Positions 1 through 13,860 are shown, counted from the first letter of the stretch. The stretch is DNA of 64,000 nt from Octopus vulgaris (GCA_951406725.2 OX597833.1:20212001-20276000), one strand, 5' to 3'. Made by a program: numbers and translations. The notes: a model not told the origin generated them from the letters alone.

Positions 1-399
1 TATACACATACATGCATATACATTAAAACATACATACATGCATACGCTTCTTTCATGGACAGATTAAGCGTAATTTTTCTAAAGTTTTATTTTATGTTTC
101 TTTTAAAGAAGTTTTGCAGCTACTGAGAGAATAAATAAATGAATAATTAAATATTTGAATTAGTTAATATATTAACAATCAAAATGAGATGAAAGTGACA
201 AACAAAATCAACAAATAATCAAGCAAACTTTTTGAAATCAAATACATTCGCATCAAATTAAATAATGAATATTGAATTTTTGTTTTCTATTAACCACACC
301 CAGCAACTGCATGTGTCATCATTATCATCATCATCATGAAATATGTAGGCATAGATACATCTGTGTGCAGATGTGTAAATATATACATGTATATGTTTG

Positions 400-425
400 T
401 ATAAATGTATATATATTATATATAT

Positions 426-462
<37 letters not shown>

Positions 463-625
463 CTGTATTTATATATACATATTTAGATATACATATATAT
501 ATGTTTGAGCACTATGCACAATAATTTCATTATATATATATATAAATTATGTTTGTATATATTATGAATGTTTATATATATATATATATAACGTATGTTT
601 ATATATATACACACACGTATGTATG

Positions 626-661
<36 letters not shown>

Positions 662-747
662 TATATATATATAATAATAAATAATAAATGTATTGGCTTA
701 AGTTTTTCATTGTATGATTTGCCTAATAGTGGTTTCATCTCTCTAAT

Positions 748-796
<49 letters not shown>

Positions 797-812
797 GTGT
801 ATATATACATAT
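400..812. repeat. (TA)n/(CA)n microsatellite cluster
   Basis: Long TA and CA runs; explains the YI/CV-rich ORFs. Confidence 0.95.
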
Positions 813-1364
813 ATAAATAGTATGTTTTACTTTCACAATTAGCGCTGCAAATTGAACCAACATTAAAGAGGTACTGGTTCAGGGTGGTTATCTGACCTGA
901 ATTCAGTTCTCATTGATACTTCGGTTCTCAGAAATTGATTGATTTTACTATTTGCACAAAGGAAGGAAGGAAGAAAGGAAAGGAGGAAGAAAGAGAGGAC
1001 AGAATAAAGCACTTGATGGTAGATAGTAGCCAGAGATAGAAAGAATAATAGGTTGAGAATAATCCCAGATGTAAAGCAATTAAGAATCGTTTTATAAGAG
1101 ATGATATGAAATAAAACTCACAAAGAAAAATTACTGAAAAATATTTGTTTAGTCTCGGTACAACTTTGATCAAGCTGACCTCCGTTCAAAGATATTCCAG
1201 CTGTGACCATGCCGTCAAACACAGTATATTTACAACTACGTTATTCAATGTTTATTGGGGGTTCCCTCTTCTTTCTTTCTTTCTTTTTTCCTGTTTTTTT
1301 TTTTTTTTAATGTAGTAGGATATGATTTGAGAGAAATTCGGTTGATATTTCTGGTAGATCTAAC

Positions 1365-1775
1365 GGATCTTTTCGGTTTGAACGGCAGTTTTTAAAAATA
1401 ATTTCCACGTAACTAAACACTTTTAAACTTCGTATACTGGTAGAATGTGTTTATAAAACATCTTTTTCTCTCGGCTTTATTGAGAAAATTCTATGGTTTG
1501 TAAGATATATGTTGTTGTTTTTTTCTTCAATTTCTACAATTTCAACCAATCACTGACTTCTATTGAGGTGAAAACATTCTGTGCCGTATGAATATGTTCC
1601 TAGTTTAAGAAACAGATTGGGTTTATTTACATTTCTCAAGAAAAAAAGATACCCTTAACCAACCCTAACCCTAAATCAAATTGAAATGCAATAGATCGAT
1701 ACTAGGGTCATAATTATGGGTGACAATTTCATATAACACCGCTAGAAAAAACTGCCGTTCAAACCGAAAAGATCC
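1365..1775 (+). mobile_element. Merlin-family MITE (~410 bp)
   Basis: TIR GGATCTTTTCGGTTTGAACGGCAGTTTT at both ends; perfect 8-bp TSD GATCTAAC (1357-1364, 1776-1783); inserted in a SINE remnant. Confidence 0.9.
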
Positions 1776-1911
1776 GATCTAACAACTACCGCCTGTCAGT
1801 AAACAGATATCCTAATGAAAAAGATTGTGTTAGGAATTCACGTAATGGCTAATTTACCAGTATTCTCTGTAGTTTGTAATTGAATTATATTCAATTATAT
1901 CACCTGTATTG

Positions 1912-2178
1912 GGTACTACTTAAGAAGAGTGGTCCCGGTGCGCGCACTCGCGCATCTGCACTAGCTAGTCATGACTAGTCGATCCTACAACGACTACCTG
2001 GCAAAGCAAATAAAACACAAAATAAATATTTTTTTTACACAAACTAAATAATTTTCTTTAAAAAAAAGGTAAATAAAGCATAAAAACAGAAAGTAAGGAT
2101 CGACTAGCCCCGACTAGCTAGCGCGGATACGCGAGTACGCGAGTGCGCGCACCGGGACCACTCTTCTTAAGTAGTACC
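1912..2178. mobile_element. MITE with ~75-bp TIRs (Merlin- or Mutator-like)
   Basis: GGTACTACTTAAGAAGAGTGGTCCCGGTGCGCGCACTCGCG... inverted at the right end; 9-bp TSD CCTGTATTG/CTTGTATTG. Confidence 0.85.
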
Positions 2179-2231
2179 CTTGTATTGTCTATTCAGTTTT
2201 GTAAATCCCATGTCATTCTCATTATATCCCA

Positions 2232-2645
2232 ATTATATCGGATTTAATGTGAAAAAAGAAATTGGTGGGCGTGAACACATATATATTGACACAAGCATTA
2301 TTTTCTCAAAATTTTACGTTCACATTTTGTAGATAAAGTGTATGTCGTTACTATTATGTTAAACTATCCAAATTTGGCCAAATGTGTGTTGTTTTTTTTC
2401 AATATTTATTTTTGCTTGCAATAGCCGGTTCTTTTGGTCAAACTATCGTATCTCCAGCTGATTCAGATGCCAAGATATCAAAAATTGTCAAAGTGTAGCA
2501 CAATGGAATGGTGAAACTATTTTTCCGTTTTCTGAAAAAGCAAAGTTTTGGACTTACGACACTTTTGCATTATAGCAAGGATGTTATGTGTGTGCACGAT
2601 CACCATTTTCCCCCCTTCTTTTTCACATTAAAATCCAATACAATC
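2232..2645. mobile_element. Old MITE with degenerate TIRs
   Basis: GGATTTAATGTGAAAAAAGAA...GTGAACACAT mirrored by TGTGTGCAC...TTCTTTTTCACATTAAAATCC. Confidence 0.5.
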
Positions 2646-4086
2646 GCAGTTTAGATCATCTAAAATATATATGTAGAAAATTTCATTAAAAGAACCCCAT
2701 ATGAGGAAACAAAGTCGCCCAGTGTGATTTAACCGAAAGTCCTCTCCCTCGCTTTTCCGAAAAACTTTTCACTATAAATTTAATGAAGAAAAATATCCAT
2801 TTTTTAAAAAAAAGTAATTAGGAAACAAAATCGAAGTGTGGACACAATTGAGTCGGTATGCCATCACGAATAGCACACCATTGATTGTATAATAATGTCT
2901 GATCAGGTGTATTCGTAGAGAGGAGGGTTAACGACAAGAATTTACAGGACAATGTAGTCCTGGTTATCAAACGCCTAAATGAAAAAAAGAAAAAGGCCGG
3001 CTGTGGTCAGAACGCCATTGATCTCAGATCTGCCTGTCTCTATTCCATGGCTATCGACCGACATTGGGACTCATCAAAGATATTAAGAAACTTTGTTAAA
3101 TTAAAATATAATTATAAATATATTCCAATAATTATTTTATAAGTCGATAAGATACTGTTTAATAATAACCAAAATGTTGCTATTTTTCTTTTATTTTTTT
3201 TTTTTCCAAAATTCTTTTTTTCTCTCTCTACCAAAGTTTCACTTAAAATCATTAGAATTACTTACAATAAGTGTCTCCTCTCCTTCTGATTCAAGTCTCT
3301 TTGATAACTCGAAACATCACAGCTATTTCATTTTCTTTTTATCCTTCCATAAATAAATACTTGGAGGTGGGGGGACGATAATAATAATAAAATCAAGGGA
3401 TAAAATAAAATAATCCCTTTCTTATATACTTTTTTTAAAGTTTCTTCGATCCTCAAAATTACATCATATTACAGTTTGAATTAACAGAGCTGAGATTCCA
3501 GTTCTGTAAAGAGACAAACTGTTCCGTTTAAAAGAAAAGGTTGACCGATTTTACAAGGTACTTTAAATCCCAGCATTCAAGTTTCGAATCCTGTCTTTTC
3601 TCGCCTAGTTAGTATGGGTCTTTCTCTATTTCTTTTATTCTAACTTCTGTATTGGATCTACTTTAATTTTCATCTCTCAAAGATAGGCGGCGATCAAGAA
3701 AATTATCTCAGTACAACCCACGAAAGTTTTGAGGAACGGACTCATTTTAGATACGCACCAAAATAAATTTACAATAAAAATAATCTACTCTTGTAGAAGT
3801 TTTATTATTATTTTTATTACTATAAAAATATAATAAAGATATATTTTTATATTTATTTATTTACAAAATCAAAGAAAAAAAAAAATGATTTGGCACTGAA
3901 ATTCAATGGGCGAAAAAGACAATGAGTTTTTTAAAAAAAAAAAAACATTTTTTAATAATTTTTCGTTCCTATTGACACAGTCAGCGTTACGGTTGTTCAG
4001 TGCTATTTACACGACACATTATAACAAATCAGTGAGTAACCTGTCAGAAGAACTAATTACACGGTTGGCATTAGTGACGTAATATA

Positions 4087-4368
4087 CTCTCTACTCTCTT
4101 TTACTTGTTTCAGTCATTTGACTGCGGCCATGCTGGAGCACCGCCTTTAGTCGAGCAAATCGACCCCAAAACTTATTCTTTGGAAGCCTAGTACTTATTC
4201 TATCGGATCTCTTTTGCTGAACCTCTAAGTTACGGGGACGTAAACACACCATTATTGGTTGTAAGCGATGCTGGGGGATAAACACAGACACACAAACATA
4301 CACACACACACACACATACATACATACATACATACATACATACATACATACATACATACATACATACA

Positions 4369-4404
<36 letters not shown>

Positions 4405-4566
4405 TACGACGGGCTTCTTTCAGTTTCCGTCTCCCAAATCCACTCACAAAGCTTTGGTCGGCCCGAGGCTATAGTAGAAGACACTTGCCCAAGGTGCCAC
4501 GCAGTGGGAATGAACCCAGAACCATGTAGTTGGTAAGCAAGCTACTTACCACACAGCCACTCCTAT
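4087..4566 (-). mobile_element. tRNA-derived SINE, family A
   Basis: Head AGGAGTGGCTGTGTGGTAAG (box A-like) and GGTTCA.TCCC (box B-like), internal microsatellite, tail GAAACAAGTAAAAGAG; about 15 further copies in the window. Confidence 0.9.
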
Positions 4567-4726
4567 TGATTTCTTGCTAAGATTCTTCTAGTAACTGATC
4601 TCGGTGGTTTTCACTCAGACCCAGCAGATGACTCCCATAAAACTAACAAAAGATGTTTTGATACTTGTTTAATAAGTATTGCTAGTGAAAAATTAAACTG
4701 CAATTTATTCGTTTACTTCGTTTGAT

Positions 4727-5198
4727 CAGTGGTTCGCAACCGGAGTCCATATAAGATTTCGTTAAATTTATGTGCAACAAATTATTTATCCTTCTGTAAT
4801 ACACAAAATATTTTGAAATTCAAAATAAAGAACAGCAGAAATCGTATTCACCTCAATAGACGCCATTGATTGGTTGAAATTGCCGAAATTCAAGAAATTT
4901 AACAAGAAATAGTTTACAAACTACAGAATTTTCTCAAGAAAGCCAAGAGAAAAAGATGCTTTATGTAACACATTCTACCAGTATACGAAGTTTAAAAGTG
5001 TTTAGTTACAAAGAAATTATTTTAAAAATCTGCCGGTCAAAGTGAAAAGATCCTTAAATCTTTTATATAATTCCTAATAATATTTAATTTTAAAATAGAG
5101 TAGGATTTTTTTTAATATACATCGAATGGCTAGGGAAGTCCAGTAGAGTAAAATAGGAATCGAAGGGGCCCATAGGCACAAAATGGTTGATAACCTTT
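4727..5198. mobile_element. hAT-type MITE containing a partial Merlin MITE (~4826-5053)
   Basis: CAGTGGTTCGCAACC ... GGTTGATAACCTTTG ends; internal piece ends in AAAAGATCC. Confidence 0.55.
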
Positions 5199-5356
5199 GC
5201 GTTAGGTAAAGGGATTATTAACCGTATTTGCTGACGTATAAGATGCGCTTTTATTTTTTGTTAATGGCTTGCGCTCAATGTGGTTGTACCACGATGGGAA
5301 ACCGGGTGTAGTAGGCAATGGAGCAGGATAAGCATAAGTTTGATAGGCCCGATAAT

Positions 5357-5658
5357 TGTGACTAAATATTAAAAACAAGCCGAATTATTACAGCCTATTC
5401 GTAAAAACATTCGAAAGATTGCTTATTGTTTGTCGGCAGTTATGCTGAGAGAGGTCACATCATCTCATATCTCCTTTCCTCAGCATACATAACTAACACC
5501 TGGAATGTGACTAAATATTAAAAACAAGCCGAATTATTACAGCCTATTCGTAAAAACATTCTAAAAATTGCTCATTGTTTGTCGGTAGTTATGCTGAGAG
5601 AGGTCACATCATTTCATATCTCCTTTCCTCAGCATACATAACTAACACCTGGAATGTG
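5357..5658. repeat. Tandem duplication, ~149-bp unit x2
   Basis: TGTGACTAAATATTAAAAACAAGCC...CACCTGGAATGTG repeated head-to-tail with few mismatches. Confidence 0.9.
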
Positions 5659-5680
5659 CATAACATCATTTAATAACTGA

Positions 5681-6010
5681 TGTGTTTATAAAACATCTTT
5701 TTCTCTTGGCTTTATTGAGAAAATTCTATGGTTTGTAAGATATTTGTTGTTTTTCTTCTTCAATTTCTACAATTTCAACCAATCAATGACGTCTATTAAG
5801 GTGAAAACATCCTGCGCCGTATGAATATGTCCCTCGTTTAAGAAACAAATTGGGTTTATTTACATTTCTCAAGAAAAAAAGATACCATTCCCCAACCCCC
5901 TAACCCTAAATCAGATTGAAATGCAATAGATCGATACTAGGGTCATAATTATGGGTGACAATTTCATATGACACCGCTAGAAAAAACTGCCGTTCAAACC
6001 GAAAAGATCC
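5681..6010 (+). mobile_element. Merlin-family MITE, left end missing
   Basis: Matches 1365-1775; right TIR ends AAACCGAAAAGATCC. Confidence 0.85.
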
Positions 6011-6744
6011 CATTTTTATTATTACCTAAGTGAAAAATCCTCATGGAAAGATGAAAGGAATGTTAAACTTCCATCCACCTATTAGCTAGTTGCAATCTAG
6101 TAGAAGGCAACGAAACTGTAGCTATTGTGAACCATCTTGATGGTCAACTGCCGTAACACAAAACATCACAGTCGGATTAAGACCCATAGAGGCCATAAGC
6201 ACTTTGATGCCCCCATATATATGTAATTCAAAATATAAACAATAGTAAACCGTAAAATAAATTTCTATCTTTCTAAACTAGGCAAAACTAACAGTAAAAT
6301 GGAAACTAATGTTTATTTGAATCCCGGAAAAATGTGACAAGATAAAATGCTACCCTCGTTGTTCAGTGTACAGATTCATAGAGCGATAAAAATGATGAAT
6401 ATATTTCGGTGGTAGAGTGAATGTAAAATAGTGACTTCCTACGTCAATTCTAATTCCGGAAAAAGTTAAACACGGACTCCATTTTTACTTGTGACATTTT
6501 ATTGTAGCAGTTTTTACCAATTACATTGTGTGGATTTTTTTACCTGCGAATTTTTTTCCTGTGGAATATTTTCCTGCGAAATTTTTACCTGTGGATTTTT
6601 TTCCTGTGACATTTTTTTCCACTTCATTTATACTCGAAAAGTTTTCTCCATTTTTTAATCGTAATGTCTTTCATCAGATCCTCACTGTGACAACATGAAC
6701 ACTTCGAAATTATACCTCCCATCATATAAACCATTTCGAATATT

Positions 6745-6955
6745 ATTTTTTTTTTACTGCCCACAAGGGACTACACAGAGAGGACAAACAATCGATCGAT
6801 TCTAGTGAGTGCATAACAGGTACTTATTTAATCGACCCCGAAAGGATGAAAGGCAAAGTCGACCTCGGCGGAATTTGAACTCAGAACGTACCGGCAGACG
6901 AAATACGGCAACGCATTTCGCCCGGCGTGCTAACGTTTCTGCCAACTCGCCGCCT
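6745..6955 (-). mobile_element. tRNA-derived SINE, family B
   Basis: Head GGCGGCGAG(C/T)TGGCAGAA, GAGTTCAAATTCC box B, central GACTTTGCCTTTCATCCTTTCGGGGTCGAT (resembles the Meta/Sauria-SINE central domain). Confidence 0.85.
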
Positions 6956-7679
6956 TCACTTCGAATATAATTTTTGCGAGTTTAAAGTGATTTCTTTTGT
7001 ACCGTAAACCATATACCATTTCTGTGATGTCCCACTTCCTTTGACATCCTAAGAACGTGCCTATTTTCCTTAATGGTTAATCCAGCACTGCCGGAAATAC
7101 ACGAGTCTTACATCCTGTATAACAATTCTCTTATTCAAAATATCAACAAGTACAAAGATAATCAGAATGAAACTGAAATAGAGTATTCATATGACGTAGT
7201 TTATTATATGATAAATTTATGGTTTCAAACTTTATTCCGTTATACTGTCACAACATTGTATTTACATGCACAGGATCACAAAACCACTTTAAAATATCAT
7301 TCAGTGAGTGTATGATAAAACACTGAAAGTTTTTTTTTTCTTTTTCTCCACCCCCACTAAATATACTTGTATATTTGTACATTTGATTAATTTGTACTTG
7401 AAGTATATTATGATTGAATAAAAGGTGAAACGGGAAACTGGAATTTCTTTGATATAAGCCTGCTCGATCAATGCTCAAGTGGAGATAAATAGCCAAAACC
7501 ACAGGGCCACTATGACAACGAGATATCCAACATGACGGGTAAACATTGAACAGATGGAAAAGGCCGAAACAGTAAAACCAGATTATGATGAAATAAATTC
7601 CTGAAAAATTAATTTTTTTTATTACTTTATAAAATCTGTAATCCAAAAGGAAAAAAATAATATATATATATATATATAT

Positions 7680-8074
7680 ATCTTTATTTCGTGACACAGA
7701 TCAAAAAGTTTTCCAGGCGATGTATATTTCGTTTGTCACCGTTATTTATGGCAACCCTAACCCTAAAACCTTAAAACCAGTACAAATGCACGAACGATGT
7801 CATAAATAACAGTGACAAACGAAAAATACACCGTCGATAGTTGTTAACAAACAACGGCAGGAATTTTATTCAGCTGAATACACGTCATTGATTGGCTGAA
7901 ATTATCGAAATACGAGAACTTTAACGTGAAATAACTTCGTAAATATATGTTTTTCTTAAAAATGCTAAGCGTAAAAGATGTTTTATATGACACATTCTAC
8001 CAGTGTCCGAAGTTTGAAACTGTTTAGTTACAAAAAATTATTTTTTAAATCTGTAGGTCAAAAGGTAAAGATCC
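7680..8074. mobile_element. Related Merlin-like MITE subfamily
   Basis: Right end TCTGTAGGTCAAAAGGTAAAGATCC, degenerate left TIR, internal homology to the 410-bp MITE. Confidence 0.7.
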
Positions 8075-8378
8075 CTTCTACTCTTCCTAGTCTTGATTTC
8101 GAGGGCATTAAATAAAAGAAAAATTACCAGAAAGTTGAAGAAGAGAATCATGACCACTACATCACTAAACTAGGTATAAGTGACCTTTTCCGAGGAGTGG
8201 GCCGCATGAGATATAACACATCATCAGGTGGGCCGCACTACAAAAATTAATTCAAAGTAATCTTTCGTTGGGCGTGCTATTCAGAAAGTCCGACGTATCA
8301 CAGTATGCCATGCTCGTGAACTGAACAGTAAAACAATGTCTGAATAGATATGTTATTAATCCAGGATATGAAGTTCTG

Positions 8379-8799
8379 GGATCTTTTCGGTTTGACCGGC
8401 AGTTTTTTAAAATAATTTCCTCGTAACTAAACACTTTTGAACTTCGTATACTGGTAGAATGTGTTTATAAAACATCTTTTTCTCTTGGCTTTATTGAGAA
8501 AATTCTATGGTTTGTAAGATATTTGTTGGTTTTTTTTCTTCAATTTCTGCAATTTCAACCAATCAATGACGTCTATTGAGGTAAAAAAAAACATTCTGTA
8601 CCGTATGAATATGTCCCTCGTTTAAGAAACAGATTGGGTTTATTTACATTTGTGAAGAAAAAAAGATACCCTTCCCCCCACCCTAACCCTAACCCTAAAA
8701 CAGATTGAAATACAATAGATCGATACTAGGGTCATAATTATGGGTGACAATTTCATATGATACCGCTAGAAAAAACTGCCGTTCAAACAGAAAAGATCC
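8379..8799 (+). mobile_element. Merlin-family MITE
   Basis: Both TIRs; 8-bp TSD AAGTTCTG/AACTTCTG. Confidence 0.9.
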
Positions 8800-8878
8800 A
8801 ACTTCTGTATAAATTTGTAGATAAAAACAATAGATTTGTAGAAGAAAAAAAAAAGATTTGTGGAAAAACAAAACGTTA

Positions 8879-9290
8879 GGCGCAGGAGTGGCTGTGTGGT
8901 AAGTAGCTTGTCTACCAACCGCATGGTTCCGGGTTCAGTCCCACTGCGTGGCACCTTGGGTAAGTGTCTTCTACTATAGCCTCGGGCCGACCAAAGCCTT
9001 GTGAGTGGATTTGGTAGACGGAAACTGAAAGAAGCCTGTCGTATATATGTATATATATATATGTGTGTGTTTGTGTGTCTGTGTTTGTCCCCTAGCATTG
9101 CTTGACAACCGATGCTGGTGTGTTTATGTCCCCGTCACTTAGCGGTTCGGCAAAAGAGATCCGATAGAATAAGTACTGGGCTTACAAAAGAATAAGTCCC
9201 GGGGTCGAGTTGCTCGATTAAAGGCGGTGCTCCAGCATGGCCGCAGTCAAATGACTGAAACAAGTAAAAGAGTAAAAAAAAAGAGAGAGA
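8879..9290 (+). mobile_element. SINE family A, full length
   Basis: Complete head, body and tail. Confidence 0.9.
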
Positions 9291-9961
9291 GTTATAGTAT
9301 CCTAGGAAAGTTGTGACAGTGTAACTTGTGGAAATAAAAGATGAGGATGGTTAGTAAACATATATATAAATAGTTCGTTGGGAGATGATGAGGAGAGAGA
9401 AACAATTCAAGCAGGAATGCCGAGACATCAAAGAAAGAAAAACAGGCAAAATGATTGGCTGGAAACAGTTACATTATCTGTTTTGTTTTGTTTCTTTTAA
9501 TTAAATATTGTATAATGACAATAATTTGTTTGTTGTTTAAGATAATAAAGAACAAAGGCAAGCATAACATGATGGCTATTATATTTCAGTGGGAAGTTGG
9601 AGACAGAAATATAACCAGATACCTTGTAAACAAAACGAAAGCAACTTTCATACTGTGTTTGTAATTCCTGTTTATTTATTAGTTCAGCCATGCGTTATGT
9701 TGAGTGTGTATGGAGGGGGCGTTGAATTAGCTCTATCACTTGCAGTTTGTTTGTTTGTTTACAATTGTCTACATAAGTATGATTTGAGGTTCCCATTTCA
9801 TATTAGTACATGAGTACCCGTTCTCTCTCTTTCTCTCTTTCTCACTCACGCACACAAACAAACACTCTTATATAACAGCAGACGTGTTTATTTATGTCGC
9901 ATGCATCTGTCATTATTATTATTATTTAGGATGTAAACAATACTTAGACAAACAAGCACTC

Positions 9962-10378
9962 GGATCTTTTTGGGTTTGAACGGCAGTTTTTAACATAATT
10001 TCTAGGTAACTAAAAAATGTAAAACTTCGTATACTGGTAGAATGTGTTTATAAAACATCTTTTTCTCTTGGCTTTATTGAGAAAATTCTATGGTTTGTAA
10101 GATATTTGTTGGGTTTTTTTCTTCAATTTCTGCAATTTCAACCAATCACTGACGTCTATTGAGGTAAAAAAAAAACATTCTGTGCCTGTATGAATATGTC
10201 TCTCGTTTAAGAAACAGATTGGGTTTATTTACATTTCTGAAGAAAAAAAGATACCCTTCCCCCACCCCTAACCCTAAAACAGATTGAAATGCAATAGATC
10301 GATACTAGGGTCATAATTATGGGTGACAATTTCATATGATACCGCTAGAAAAAACTGCCGTTCAAACCGAAACGATCC
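9962..10378 (+). mobile_element. Merlin-family MITE
   Basis: Both TIRs; 8-bp TSD AAGCACTC/CAGCACTC. Confidence 0.9.
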
Positions 10379-10904
10379 CAGCACTCTCACATCGAACTTA
10401 GGTGGTCGCTCGACCTGCTAGAACGTGCAACAAAACCTCCATTTAAATCACTCTCTTGCCGTCTAAAAAAGGGGAAACACAAAAGACAACGTAGTCTATC
10501 ATGATGCCTTAACATAAAATGGGACGATAGAATATATTAGAACGCCAATGGGATCTTTTCTGTATGGCTACCAGCATCAATCAGCGTCAATCTCTGTTCA
10601 CATTAATTTCATATTCAGTGTAACGATACAGTTTTATAGGCTCTTGAATGCCATGAAAATCATTTTTGCTATAAATCAATAAATAAAAAGTTATTAGCTG
10701 TTGAAGTTTTAAAATTTCGGGTAATTTTAGCCAATCGTAAATCATAGTAACAAGCGGAACATGAGAACTCTTTTGTCTGCGAGAAAGCACGTGTTGACAA
10801 ATATATTGAAGCTGAAACCACTTGATGCCGTGTTCTACTGTTCTGCTTGGAAAATTCCCCTATCTGTTTGATTATGGCAGCAAGCTCCGGTAACTTCGCG
10901 TCTA

Positions 10905-12190
10905 TGATGGAGACACTGAAGACAGAGAAGGATGCTGCCGTACCTACAAGAAAAGGGATCTTTTCGGTTTGAACGGCAGTTTTTAACATAATTTCTATGT
11001 AACTAAAAAAATTTTAAACTTCGTATACTGGTAGAATGTGTTTATAAAACATCTTTTTCTCTTGGCTTTATTGAGAAAATTCTATAGTTTGTAAGATATT
11101 TGTTGTTTTTTCTTCAATTTCTGCAATTTCAACCAATCAATGACCGTCTATTGAGTTAAAAAGCATTCTGTGCCGTATGAATATGTCCCTCGTTTAAGAA
11201 ACAGATTGGGTTTATTTACATTTCTGAAGAAAAAAAGATACCCTTCCCCCACCCCTAACCCTAAAACAGACTGAAATGCAATAGATCGATACTAGGGTCA
11301 TAATCATGGGTGACAATTTCATATGACACCACTAGAAAAAACTGCCGTTCAAACCGAAAAGATCCGAAAAGGGTGTTATACCCAAAAGAAAATTATGTAC
11401 TGGAAAGAAGCATGTTATGAATACAAAAAAAAACGTGGTGGGAATGTGTACTGGCGATGCTTGCGCAGAAAATGCATGGAATCTGTGTCAGTGAGGAAAG
11501 ACACATGGTTTGAAGGTGGGACCCTTCCTCTTGGGACTGTAGTGCTTTGCCTTTACTTATGGTTCAAAGAATTGACCTGAGTCCGGTTTTGTGTTGAAGA
11601 ACTGGTGATTAACCATTGCACAACTGTTGATTATATCAGCTATGTTAGGGAAGTATGTACGGAGGATTTGCTCTGTCATACAATTCCCGTTGGTGGGCCT
11701 GAGAAGATTGCTGAGGTCGACGAAACAGTCTTCTCAAGACGTAAGTACAACCGAGGAAGGGTCCTACATGAACAGTGGATTTTCGGAGGAATGTGTCGTG
11801 AGACGAAACAGGTTTTTGCTGTATGCGGTGCCATGTCGGAATTGTGACATACTGGAAGAATGCATTTCCTAGGATTTCTCGATTATCCCAGGAACCACAA
11901 TTTTCAGCGATTTGTGGAGGGCGTACTCTCACATTCCTGAAATTAATGGTTACAATTTTGAGCGTAGAACGGTGAACCACAGAGTTAGGTTTGTTAACTT
12001 GAAAGTTGGTACCCACACTCAACAAGTGGAGAGTATACGGGCCTCTGTAAAGCGAGGTAATAAATGACGCTGTGGCACTTACCGTTCTCTGGTAGATTCA
12101 TATCTGTGAACTTATGTGACGCAGGAGATATGAAAGTTGCGATTTGTCCGAGAAATTGATTGAATGCACTTCTAACTATCGTTTTCAATT
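10905..12190 (+). pseudogene. Merlin DDE transposase (IS1595-type), disrupted
   Basis: YWRCLRRKC...SVRKDTWF; GGPEKIAEVDETVFSRRKYNRGRV...WIFGG; TIFSDLWRAY; VNH...GTHTQQVES; stops, frameshifts and a MITE insertion. Confidence 0.88.
10956..11365 (+). mobile_element. Merlin-family MITE nested in the Merlin transposase
   Basis: Both TIRs; flanking GAAAAG repeat. Confidence 0.9.
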
Positions 12191-13399
12191 TTGAGAATAT
12201 TTAATTCATAATTCGCTATTTTGTTTTTAGATAAATCTTCTTTTTTTTTCGCACTAATGCTTAAATGTTTGTTTTTAAGCATATTTGATGTGTAATGTGT
12301 TGCTTCTTATCGCATGTAATGTGTTGTTTATCGCATTTAATACATATTGAATGCTTAAAACTACAAAAGACGTATTGCTTACTCTTACTTTTCTTTTCAT
12401 TGGGGTGGTTGTGAGATGTACTAAAAATAACAGCTAAATAACGTATTTGGATAAATCTTTTAGGTTCGTGCTATCGCATTAAATGTATACCGAATGCTTA
12501 AAACTACAAAAGACGTGTTGTTTACTCGTTTTCCTCGTGTAGAATACTAATATTGACAACACGTGCTATTTTCAGAATGTTGACGACAAAATGTGCAGTC
12601 ACGCACAAAATGTCAGCTTCCAAATCCTGTTTCCTGACTGGGTGAAAATTATCAAGCTGTAAACCTCTATAACTTTTTAAAAACAATTTTCTGGAACAAC
12701 TAAAATAACTCCAGCAATTCAGCTTGGAAAACTACATTAATGTGCCAAATTTTAAAATCTTCGATAAACTTTTTGAAATGCTGGTAACCAAACAGAAAAG
12801 ATAAAGCAAATAGTTTAACGCTGGCATGTTCAGAGCCAACCTGGTCCTGAACAACACCATCCTGAGTTCAAATTCCACCGAGGTCGACTTTGCCTTTTAT
12901 CGTTTCGTGGTCGATAAATTAAAAACCAGTTGCGTACTGGGGTCGATCTACTCGATTGGCCCCCTCCCCCAAAATTTCGGGCCTTGTACCTTGAGTAGGA
13001 AAGATTATCATTAAGCAAGGAGTCGGAAACTATTTTGAGTTTTCTTGGTTCCTAAAGTTTTCAGGAAAGTGAGTTTGAGGAATTAGTAGACAGCCATTCC
13101 GCCACGTTGTGTTCGAATCCTGCAATCGTCCCACACTTTTTCTGAAATACACATTCAACATAGGCTTTCAAAGATGTCGTTGCGGAAACTCCATGGATTG
13201 CTTGGGATTACATAAACTTTGTTGGTACTTAATCCTTTGCTTGTCATAAGTTTGTCCTAAACATCCATATTTGTTTCCAGGTCTTTAGTTAGCCTTTTGT
13301 TTCATATGTTCTGAGTAATATAAAGTTTTCTTTTCACAAGGTTGATAAAAATTGAGAATGTGTATCATATATGATTCATGGGCGCTAGAAGAGGTATAT

Positions 13400-13860
13400 G
13401 GAGCTCTGAACAGAATTAGTACTTTTGGTATCCGGCAGCTGCACCTTGCCAGGAATGGCTACGTGGAGAGGAACCACTAGTCTTTATTTTCATTCTTAAT
13501 ATCTCTCACTTGATGGCTTCTAACGCCGCAACCCGGTACACTATATCAGCTGGTTGGCTAAACCAAGTAAGGGTATCACGTTAACACCGCACCAGTAGGC
13601 GAAGGACTCCGGATAAAGCTTTCCAAGCAGTCACCGGCTAGGGCGGAGAAACCTGCTCAAGACAACAGCGTAGTGTTCAGGGCCACGGCATGTCACGAGT
13701 AGCGGCGTATAATTGTGGCTAACAGCTTGGAGGGGAATGGGTGCTGTCGAGCTAACTTTCCCATGATGCATTCCTGATGATGGCAGGTAGACTAGAGCCC
13801 CATACCGGATCGGTCATTGTCCGGGTTAACATCAAGAGTGGTCAGGCTTCAATTTCGCCG
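13400..13860. mobile_element. GC-richer segment, possibly a LINE (RTE-like) 5' UTR remnant
   Basis: Composition shift and general resemblance only; no ORF. Confidence 0.25.

Larger units (their letters stand above)
10551..12802 (+). mobile_element. Merlin (IS1016/IS1595-like) DNA transposon, degenerate
   Basis: TIR GGATCTTTTCTGTATGGCTACCAGCAT / ATGCTGGTAACCAAACAGAAAAGAT; carries a transposase pseudogene. Confidence 0.85.

Noticed and set aside
8879-8950. tRNA gene-like box A/box B sequences
   Set aside because: They are SINE heads followed by SINE bodies; no clean cloverleaf.
13774-13820. CTGATGA motif in the GC-richer segment
   Set aside because: No downstream GAAA or stem III in the required position.
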